Of a DNA stretch of 32,000 nucleotides, positions 9,371-16,141 are shown piece after piece. The stretch spans positions 3,600,001 through 3,632,000 of the forward strand of contig NZ_CP065936.1 of NCBI RefSeq assembly GCF_003367075.2, written 5' to 3'. The notes beneath the pieces were generated by a model. It ran no database searches. It saw nothing but the letters and a program-made list of their open reading frames with translations, and was not told where the DNA came from. Origin of the DNA: Cylindrospermopsis raciborskii Cr2010. Its GTDB lineage: Bacteria; Cyanobacteriota; Cyanobacteriia; Cyanobacteriales; Nostocaceae. The position numbers and the translations under genes were made by a program. Numbering within the stretch: position 1 is the first letter of the stretch; each line of letters begins with the position of its first letter.

Positions 9371-9376
9371 ATTATA
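9371..9376 (-). promoter_or_regulatory. perfect TATAAT (minus strand) about 79 bp upstream of each array gene start (representative, copy B)
   Basis: The same hexamer sits at the same offset in every spacer: 8339-8344, 9371-9376, 10457-10462, 11468-11473, 12641-12646, 13694-13699 and 14801-14806. The only -35-like TTTACA lies 20 nt upstream, which is suboptimal spacing. TATAAT is not rare in AT-rich DNA. Confidence 0.3.
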
Positions 9377-9419
9377 ACCTCTAATTTTAGGATCTTTGTA
9401 AACTCTACTAAGTAAAGAT

Positions 9420-9518
9420 GCACAATTGCAGGATGGGTTAGCGGTAGGGTAACCCATGGGGGTGTTGGGTTCATACTTCAACCCAACCTAGCTTCATTTT
9501 ATATTTAATTCCACTCAC
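9420..9518 (-). repeat. spacer double-hairpin element (spacer B/C)
   Basis: Same element. Hairpin 1 lies at 9433-9457 and hairpin 2 at 9464-9487. Confidence 0.8.
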
Positions 9519-9556
9519 ACACTTAATTCCTTAACAGAGTAGAGTGTGATTATAAG

Positions 9557-10378
9557 CTATGATACCACCATGTCAGCGTAACTATATGTCTCAATACCTA
9601 GGGATTTCGCTACCGGTATAGCCCGTTCATCCACCATGGGGGAAATCACAATTTTACGGTCAACCACTCTATTTTGACTTTTAGCGTAGAATTCCGCCTT
9701 GCGACCAAAAACGTACATACCAGCTTTGTCAATGGAAGATTTAAGTTCACAGACAATAGTCAGTCCATTTTTGATAATTATATCCAATTCCACCTGCTCT
9801 GGGCGTCCAAATACTTCCCCCTCCTGGTCATAAAGGGTAAGATTGAGCACCTCCACCCCGAAGGACTGACCTAAAATAGCTTTCAGTCCATTACGGAAAC
9901 TAGCTTCAGAATAGAGACCCCAGCGGGAACCAATAGCACCAATGGCGCTTTCATAACGACGGTTAGCCTTCTGGATTTCCTCTAGAGTAGCACTATTCTG
10001 AGCTTCGATTCTGTCAAGACGTTGAGTATTTTCCTCCCATTTGCGATTTTGCTCATCCCATTTACGATTTTGCTCATCCCACTTCTGAGCTTGCTCAGCT
10101 TGAAAAGCATCGAATTTGCGATTTTGCTCATCCCACTTCTGAGCTTGCTCAGCTTGAAAAGCATCGAATTTACGATTTTGCTCATCCCACTTACGAGCTT
10201 GCTCCTCCCTGTCTCGCTGTAACTCATTCAAAACTCGGTCAAATTTTTCGTCGAACTCAGTCCGGGGGGTGTAATATTCTGACACCGTGCGCAAGACGAA
10301 ATCCCGTACCCCCGGTTCTTCGGCAATCGCCCTGGGCAATTCTTTTTGGATTAATGCTTTAATTTCAGCCTCTATCAT
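9557..10378 (-). CDS. coiled-coil + PD-(D/E)XK-like nuclease-fold protein, array copy C
   Basis: Conserved ATG at 10378 (track: TTG at 10414). Module string ababaa (10040-10189). Ser variant (AKSQNR). Confidence 0.75.
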   Translation of the reverse strand: MIEAEIKALIQKELPRAIAEEPGVRDFVLRTVSEYYTPRTEFDEKFDRVLNELQRDREEQARKWDEQNRKFDAFQAEQAQKWDEQNRKFDAFQAEQAQKWDEQNRKWDEQNRKWEENTQRLDRIEAQNSATLEEIQKANRRYESAIGAIGSRWGLYSEASFRNGLKAILGQSFGVEVLNLTLYDQEGEVFGRPEQVELDIIIKNGLTIVCELKSSIDKAGMYVFGRKAEFYAKSQNRVVDRKIVISPMVDERAIPVAKSLGIETYSYADMVVS

Positions 10379-10505
10379 AGGTTTTGGGTATAGATGTTGA
10401 AATGCTCCCCTCAAATGGTAGGGATTCTGGTAACTAGTTTTTAGCTACTTACCCATATTATAACCTCTAATTTTAGGATCTTTGTAAACTCTACTAAGTA
10501 AAGAT

Positions 10506-10604
10506 GCACAATTGCAGGATGGGTTAGCGGTAGGGTAACCCATGGGGGTGTTGGGTTCATACTTCAACCCAACCTAGCTTCATTTTATATTTAATTCCAC
10601 TCAC
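10506..10604 (-). repeat. spacer double-hairpin element (spacer C/D)
   Basis: Same element at the same offset (137 to 39 bp below the next stop codon). Confidence 0.8.
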
Positions 10605-10642
10605 ACACTTAATTCCTTAACAGAGTAGAGTGTGATTATAAG

Positions 10643-11389
10643 CTATGATACCACCATGTCAGCGTAACTATATGTCTCAATACCTAGGGATTTCGCTACC
10701 GGTATAGCCCGTTCATCCACCATGGGGGAAATCACAATTTTACGGTCAACCACTCTATTTTGATTTTTAGCGTAGAATTCCGCCTTGCGACCAAAAACGT
10801 ACATACCAGCTTTGTCAATGGAAGATTTAAGTTCACAGACAATAGTCAGTCCATTTTTGATAATTATATCCAATTCCACCTGCTCTGGGCGTCCAAATAC
10901 TTCCCCCTCCTGGTCATAAAGGGTAAGATTGAGCACCTCCACCCCGAAGGACTGACCTAAAATAGCTTTCAGTCCATTACGGAAACTAGCTTCAGAATAG
11001 AGACCCCAGCGGGAACCAATAGCACCAATGGCGCTTTCATAACGACGGTTAGCCTTCTGGATTTCCTCTAGAGTAGCACTATTCTGAGCTTCGATTCTGT
11101 CAAGACGTTGAGTATTTTCCTCCCATTTGCGATTTTGCTCATCCCACTTCTGAGCTTGCTCAGCTTGAAAAGCATCGAATTTACGATTTTGCTCATCCCA
11201 CTTACGAGCTTGCTCCTCCCTGTCTCGCTGTAACTCATTCAAAACTCGGTCAAATTTTTCGTCGAACTCAGTCCGGGGGGTGTAATATTCTGACACCGTG
11301 CGCAAGACGAAATCCCGTACCCCCGGTTCTTCGGCAATCGCCCTGGGCAATTCTTTTTGGATTAATGCTTTAATTTCAGCCTCTATCAT
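10643..11389 (-). CDS. coiled-coil + PD-(D/E)XK-like nuclease-fold protein, array copy D
   Basis: Conserved ATG at 11389 (track: GTG-extended to 11455). Module string aba (11126-11200). This is the base unit of 1011 bp. Asn variant. Confidence 0.75.
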   Translation of the reverse strand: MIEAEIKALIQKELPRAIAEEPGVRDFVLRTVSEYYTPRTEFDEKFDRVLNELQRDREEQARKWDEQNRKFDAFQAEQAQKWDEQNRKWEENTQRLDRIEAQNSATLEEIQKANRRYESAIGAIGSRWGLYSEASFRNGLKAILGQSFGVEVLNLTLYDQEGEVFGRPEQVELDIIIKNGLTIVCELKSSIDKAGMYVFGRKAEFYAKNQNRVVDRKIVISPMVDERAIPVAKSLGIETYSYADMVVS

Positions 11390-11516
11390 AGGTTTTGGGT
11401 ATAGATGTTGAAATGCTCCCCTCAAATGGTAGGGATTCTGGTAACTAGTTTTCACCTACTTACCCATATTATAACCTCTAATTTTAGGATCTTTGTAAAC
11501 TCTACTAAGTAAAGAT

Positions 11517-11615
11517 GCACAATTGCAGGATGGGTTAGCGGTAGGTTAACCCATGGGGGTGTTGGGTTCATACTTCAACCCAACCTAGCTTCATTTTATA
11601 TTTAATTCCACTCAC
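11517..11615 (-). repeat. spacer double-hairpin element (spacer D/E)
   Basis: Same element, with loop variant ggtaggttaaccc. Confidence 0.8.
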
Positions 11616-11653
11616 ACACTTAATTCCTTAACAGAGTAGAGTGTGATTATAAG

Positions 11654-12562
11654 CTATGATACCACCATGTCAGCGTAACTATATGTCTCAATACCTAGGG
11701 ATTTCGCTACCGGTATAGCCCGTTCATCCACCATGGGGGAAATCACAATTTTACGGTCAACCACTCTATTTTGATTTTTAGCGTAGAATTCCGCCTTGCG
11801 ACCAAAAACGTACATACCAGCTTTGTCAATGGAAGATTTAAGTTCACAGACAATAGTCAGTCCATTTTTGATAATTATATCCAATTCCACCTGCTCTGGG
11901 CGTCCAAATACTTCCCCCTCCTGGTCATAAAGGGTAAGATTGAGCACCTCCACCCCGAAGGACTGACCTAAAATAGCTTTCAGTCCATTACGGAAACTAG
12001 CTTCAGAATAGAGACCCCAGCGGGAACCAATAGCACCAATGGCGCTTTCATAACGACGGTTAGCCTTCTGGATTTCCTCTAGAGTAGCACTATTCTGAGC
12101 TTCGATTCTGTCAAGACGTTGAGTATTTTCCTCCCATTTGCGATTTTGCTCATCCCACTTCTGAGCTTGCTCAGCTTGAAAAGCATCGAATTTGCGATTT
12201 TGCTCATCCCACTTCTGAGCTTGCTCAGCTTGAAAAGCATCGAATTTGCGATTTTGCTCATCCCACTTACGAGCTTGCTCAGCTTGAAAAGCATCGAATT
12301 TGTGATTTTGCTCATCCCACTTCTGAGCTTGCTCAGCCTGAAAAGCATCGAATTTACGATTTTGCTCATCCCACTTACGAGCTTGCTCCTCCCTGTCTCG
12401 CTGTAACTCATTCAAAACTCGGTCAAATTTTTCGTCGAACTCAGTCCGGGGGGTGTAATATTCTGACACCGTGCGCAAGACGAAATCCCGTACCCCCGGT
12501 TCTTCGGCAATCGCCCTGGGCAATTCTTTTTGGATTAATGCTTTAATTTCAGCCTCTATCAT
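11654..12562 (-). CDS. coiled-coil + PD-(D/E)XK-like nuclease-fold protein, array copy E (longest)
   Basis: Conserved ATG at 12562 (track: GTG-extended to 12628). Module string ababababa (12137-12373), with one WDEQNHK and one ...AEQARK variant. Asn variant. Confidence 0.75.
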   Translation of the reverse strand: MIEAEIKALIQKELPRAIAEEPGVRDFVLRTVSEYYTPRTEFDEKFDRVLNELQRDREEQARKWDEQNRKFDAFQAEQAQKWDEQNHKFDAFQAEQARKWDEQNRKFDAFQAEQAQKWDEQNRKFDAFQAEQAQKWDEQNRKWEENTQRLDRIEAQNSATLEEIQKANRRYESAIGAIGSRWGLYSEASFRNGLKAILGQSFGVEVLNLTLYDQEGEVFGRPEQVELDIIIKNGLTIVCELKSSIDKAGMYVFGRKAEFYAKNQNRVVDRKIVISPMVDERAIPVAKSLGIETYSYADMVVS

Positions 12563-12689
12563 AGGTTTTGGGTATAGATGTTGAAATGCTCCCCTCAAAT
12601 GGTAGGGATTCTGGTAACTAGTTTTCACCTACTTACCCATATTATAACCTCTAATTTTAGGATCTTTGTAAACTCTACTAAGTAAAGAT

Positions 12690-12788
12690 GCACAATTGCA
12701 GGATGGGTTAGCGGTAGGTTAACCCATGGGGGTGTTGGGTTCATACTTCAACCCAACCTAGCTTCATTTTATATTTAATTCCACTCAC
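12690..12788 (-). repeat. spacer double-hairpin element (spacer E/F)
   Basis: Same element, with loop variant ggtaggttaaccc. Confidence 0.8.
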
Positions 12789-12826
12789 ACACTTAATTCC
12801 TTAACAGAGTAGAGTGTGATTATAAG

Positions 12827-13615
12827 CTATGATACCACCATGTCAGCGTAACTATATGTCTCAATACCTAGGGATTTCGCTACCGGTATAGCCCGTTCAT
12901 CCACCATGGGGGAAATCACAATTTTACGGTCAACCACTCTATTTTGACTTTTAGCGTAGAATTCCGCCTTGCGACCAAAAACGTACATACCAGCTTTGTC
13001 AATGGAAGATTTAAGTTCACAGACAATAGTCAGTCCATTTTTGATAATTATATCCAATTCCACCTGCTCTGGGCGTCCAAATACTTCCCCCTCCTGGTCA
13101 TAAAGGGTAAGATTGAGCACCTCCACCCCGAAGGACTGACCTAAAATAGCTTTCAGTCCATTACGGAAACTAGCTTCAGAATAGAGACCCCAGCGGGAAC
13201 CAATAGCACCAATGGCGCTTTCATAACGACGGTTAGCCTTCTGGATTTCCTCTAGAGTAGCACTATTCTGAGCTTCGATTCTGTCAAGACGTTGAGTATT
13301 TTCCTCCCATTTGCGATTTTGCTCATCCCATTTACGATTTTGCTCATCCCATTTACGATTTTGCTCATCCCACTTCTGAGCTTGCTCAGCCTGAAAAGCA
13401 TCGAATTTACGATTTTGCTCATCCCACTTACGAGCTTGCTCCTCCCTGTCTCGCTGTAACTCATTCAAAACTCGGTCAAATTTTTCGTCGAACTCAGTCC
13501 GGGGGGTGTAATATTCTGACACCGTGCGCAAGACGAAATCCCGTACCCCCGGTTCTTCGGCAATCGCCCTGGGCAATTCTTTTTGGATTAATGCTTTAAT
13601 TTCAGCCTCTATCAT
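12827..13615 (-). CDS. coiled-coil + PD-(D/E)XK-like nuclease-fold protein, array copy F
   Basis: Conserved ATG at 13615 (track: GTG-extended to 13681). Module string abaaa (13310-13426). Ser variant. Confidence 0.75.
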   Translation of the reverse strand: MIEAEIKALIQKELPRAIAEEPGVRDFVLRTVSEYYTPRTEFDEKFDRVLNELQRDREEQARKWDEQNRKFDAFQAEQAQKWDEQNRKWDEQNRKWDEQNRKWEENTQRLDRIEAQNSATLEEIQKANRRYESAIGAIGSRWGLYSEASFRNGLKAILGQSFGVEVLNLTLYDQEGEVFGRPEQVELDIIIKNGLTIVCELKSSIDKAGMYVFGRKAEFYAKSQNRVVDRKIVISPMVDERAIPVAKSLGIETYSYADMVVS

Positions 13616-13742
13616 AGGTTTTGGGTATAGATGTTGAAATGCTCCCCTCAAATGGTAGGGATTCTGGTAACTAGTTTTCACCTACTTACCCATATTATAA
13701 CCTCTAATTTTAGGATCTTTGTAAACTCTACTAAGTAAAGAT

Positions 13743-13841
13743 GCACAATTGCAGGATGGGTTAGCGGTAGGTTAACCCATGGGGGTGTTGGGTTCATACT
13801 TCAACCCAACCTAGCTTCATTTTATATTTAATTCCACTCAC
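13743..13841 (-). repeat. spacer double-hairpin element (spacer F/G)
   Basis: Same element, with loop variant ggtaggttaaccc. Confidence 0.8.
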
Positions 13842-13879
13842 ACACTTAATTCCTTAACAGAGTAGAGTGTGATTATAAG

Positions 13880-14722
13880 CTATGATACCACCATGTCAGC
13901 GTAACTATATGTCTCAATACCTAGGGATTTCGCTACCGGTATAGCCCGTTCATCCACCATGGGGGAAATCACAATTTTACGGTCAACCACTCTATTTTGA
14001 TTTTTAGCGTAGAATTCCGCCTTGCGACCAAAAACGTACATACCAGCTTTGTCAATGGAAGATTTAAGTTCACAGACAATAGTCAGTCCATTTTTGATAA
14101 TTATATCCAATTCCACCTGCTCTGGGCGTCCAAATACTTCCCCCTCCTGGTCATAAAGGGTAAGATTGAGCACCTCCACCCCGAAGGACTGACCTAAAAT
14201 AGCTTTCAGTCCATTACGGAAACTAGCTTCAGAATAGAGACCCCAGCGGGAACCAATAGCACCAATGGCGCTTTCATAACGACGGTTAGCCTTCTGGATT
14301 TCCTCTAGAGTAGCACTATTCTGAGCTTCGATTCTGTCAAGACGTTGAGTATTTTCCTCCCATTTGCGATTTTGCTCATCCCATTTACGATTTTGCTCAT
14401 CCCATTTACGATTTTGCTCATCCCACTTCTGAGCTTGCTCAGCTTGAAAAGCATCGAATTTGCGATTTTGCTCATCCCATTTACGATTTTGCTCAGCTTG
14501 AAAAGCATCGAATTTACGATTTTGCTCATCCCACTTACGAGCTTGCTCCTCCCTGTCTCGCTGTAACTCATTCAAAACTCGGTCAAATTTTTCGTCGAAC
14601 TCAGTCCGGGGGGTGTAATATTCTGACACCGTGCGCAAGACGAAATCCCGTACCCCCGGTTCTTCGGCAATCGCCCTGGGCAATTCTTTTTGGATTAATG
14701 CTTTAATTTCAGCCTCTATCAT
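13880..14722 (-). CDS. coiled-coil + PD-(D/E)XK-like nuclease-fold protein, array copy G
   Basis: Conserved ATG at 14722 (track: TTG at 14758). Module string ababaaa (14363-14533); the first b reads FDAFQAEQNRK. Asn variant. Confidence 0.75.
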   Translation of the reverse strand: MIEAEIKALIQKELPRAIAEEPGVRDFVLRTVSEYYTPRTEFDEKFDRVLNELQRDREEQARKWDEQNRKFDAFQAEQNRKWDEQNRKFDAFQAEQAQKWDEQNRKWDEQNRKWDEQNRKWEENTQRLDRIEAQNSATLEEIQKANRRYESAIGAIGSRWGLYSEASFRNGLKAILGQSFGVEVLNLTLYDQEGEVFGRPEQVELDIIIKNGLTIVCELKSSIDKAGMYVFGRKAEFYAKNQNRVVDRKIVISPMVDERAIPVAKSLGIETYSYADMVVS

Positions 14723-14849
14723 AGGTTTTGGGTATAGATGTTGAAATGCTCCCCTCAAATGGTAGGGATTCTGGTAACTAGTTTTTAGCTACTTACCCAT
14801 ATTATAACCTCTAATTTTAGGATCTTTGTAAACTCTACTAAGTAAAGAT

Positions 14850-14947
14850 GCACAATTGCAGGATGGGTTAGCGGTAGGTTAACCCATGGGGGTGTTCGGT
14901 TCATATTAAACTTAACCTAGCTTCATTTTATATTTAATTAAACTCAC
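14850..14947 (-). repeat. spacer double-hairpin element (spacer G/H, degenerate second hairpin)
   Basis: The second hairpin is mutated (gtgttcggttcatattaaacttaacc) and the 3' flank reads aattaaactcac. Confidence 0.7.
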
Positions 14948-14985
14948 ACACTTAATTCCTTAACAGAGTAGAGTGTGATTATAAT

Positions 14986-15225
14986 CTATGATACCACTAT
15001 ATGAGCGTAACTATATGTCTCAATGCCTAGGGATTTCGCTACCGGTATAGCTCGTTCGTCCACCATGGGGGAAATCACAATTTTACGGTCAACCACTCTA
15101 TTACGATTTTGCTCAGCTTGAAAAGCATCGAGTTTGCGATTTTTCTCATCCCATTTACGAGCTTGCTCTTCCCTATCTCGCTGTAACTCATTCAAAACTC
15201 GGTCAAATTTTTCGTCGAACTCAGT
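14986..15225 (-). pseudogene. remnant array copy H (5'-truncated, internal deletion of the nuclease-like core)
   Basis: The 3' end (…NRVVDRKIVISPMVDERAIPVAKSLGIETYSYAHIVVS) is fused at ~15102 directly to the module region (…ARKWDEKNRKLDAFQAEQNR). Homology to intact copies stops at 15225, within the TEFDEKF region. There is no conserved start. Confidence 0.85.
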
Positions 15226-15287
15226 AATGTGCAATAGCTAGGTATAGAAAAGGTAAGCGATGCGATCGCCACTTAGGAAGCTAAATC

Positions 15288-15296
15288 TGCTACAAT
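15288..15296 (+). promoter_or_regulatory. candidate extended -10 box TGcTACAAT upstream of the 15336 methyltransferase gene
   Basis: Located 40 bp before the ATG at 15336. It shares the 12-mer atctgctacaat. Confidence 0.3.
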
Positions 15297-15335
15297 TAAT
15301 AAAGCTCAAAAGAATTTTACGGACAAATATTTCTT

Positions 15336-15989
15336 ATGCTGCTGCGACCAGAACAACGTCTAAAAATAGACGATACCGATGACAACCTATTTTACGACTA
15401 CCCACGATTGGTAACTCATGTTGATGATGGATTCATTCAGCAGCTAACCGACATATACCGTCAATACCTGCAACCTAAAACCCGCATTTTTGATATGATG
15501 AGTAGCTGGGTGTCTCATTTACCACCAGAGGTAGATTTTGACCATGTGGAAGGGCACGGACTAAACGCTGAGGAACTAGCACGCAATCCTCGCTTAAAAC
15601 ATTATTTCGTCCAAAATATTAACGCCCAACCCCAACTACCACTAGCGAATGAGGATTTTCACGCTGTGATCAATTGCGTGTCTGTACAGTACATCCAATA
15701 TCCAGAAGCTATATTTTCAGAAATCCATCGTATTCTCAAACCTGGTGGTGTGGCGATTATTAGTTTTTCCAATCGGATGTTCTATCAGAAGGCAATTCAA
15801 ATCTGGCGTGATGGCACAGAATCATCTAGAGTGGAGTTAGTCAAACGTTATTTTGCCTCCGTGTCCGGTTTTACCACCCCCAAGGTGATTGCTACTAGAT
15901 CACAAGCTCCTCATTTAATACAAAAATGGTTGGGTTTACCTGGAGGAGACCCATTTTACGCGGTGATAGCTCATCGAGCCTCCAAGTAA
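15336..15989 (+). CDS. class I SAM-dependent methyltransferase (Methyltransf_11-like)
   Basis: 217-aa ORF. It contains ILKPGGVAIISFSN and VINCVSVQYI motifs typical of type 11 SAM MTases. The family is conserved in cyanobacteria (memory). Confidence 0.7.
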   Translation: MLLRPEQRLKIDDTDDNLFYDYPRLVTHVDDGFIQQLTDIYRQYLQPKTRIFDMMSSWVSHLPPEVDFDHVEGHGLNAEELARNPRLKHYFVQNINAQPQLPLANEDFHAVINCVSVQYIQYPEAIFSEIHRILKPGGVAIISFSNRMFYQKAIQIWRDGTESSRVELVKRYFASVSGFTTPKVIATRSQAPHLIQKWLGLPGGDPFYAVIAHRASK

Positions 15990-16141
15990 AAATACTTAAA
16001 ATTAAGTAGTATTTCTTAGAAAAGAATAGAAAAATAATAAGGAAATAATAAATTTTTCCTTACAAATGATCACCCTGCATTAAATTGGTAATTGCTTCAA
16101 CAAAAACCACAATAAATTACAATAATTCCAGGAGAATCAAC

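Larger units (their letters stand above)
7510..15225 (-). repeat. head-to-tail tandem array: 7 intact gene+spacer units (A-G) plus 1 deleted remnant (H)
   Basis: Stop codons fall at 7545, 8525, 9557, 10643, 11654, 12827, 13880 and 14986, giving periods of 980, 1032, 1086, 1011, 1173, 1053 and 1106 bp. Units B-G are near-identical by eye outside the internal modules. Homology ends at ~15225 on the right and decays at ~7510-7530 on the left. Confidence 0.95.

Noticed and set aside
7662-14566. Recurrent 63-110 aa ORFs inside the array: + strand M[IT]FSVEFRLATKNV... (66 aa), + strand ...ILLIPLLSLLSLKSIEF..., and minus-strand alternative frame MSYSE[IT]GRSKLVSGMSKI...
   Set aside because: They are shadow or antisense frames of the long conserved ORF. 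Their low-complexity repeats simply mirror the 21/33-bp modules, and they have no independent conservation signal.
7510-15225. Regularly spaced repeats that might be mistaken for a CRISPR array or a DGR template/variable-repeat system
   Set aside because: The period is about 1 kb, not 60-75 bp. The 'spacers' are near-identical to each other, and each unit is a full protein gene. No cas genes or reverse transcriptase are in the window.
7545-15234. Absence of HIP1 (GCGATCGC) in the 7.7-kb array, versus about 1 per 2.2 kb elsewhere, as a sign of foreign origin
   Set aside because: The array is about 1 kb of unique sequence repeated, so the effective sample is too small for the depletion to mean anything.
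16021-16075. AT-rich hairpin AAGGAAA...TTTCCTT after the 15336-15989 gene as a terminator
   Set aside because: It is only a 7-bp A/T-rich stem in very AT-rich sequence, which is too weak to call.
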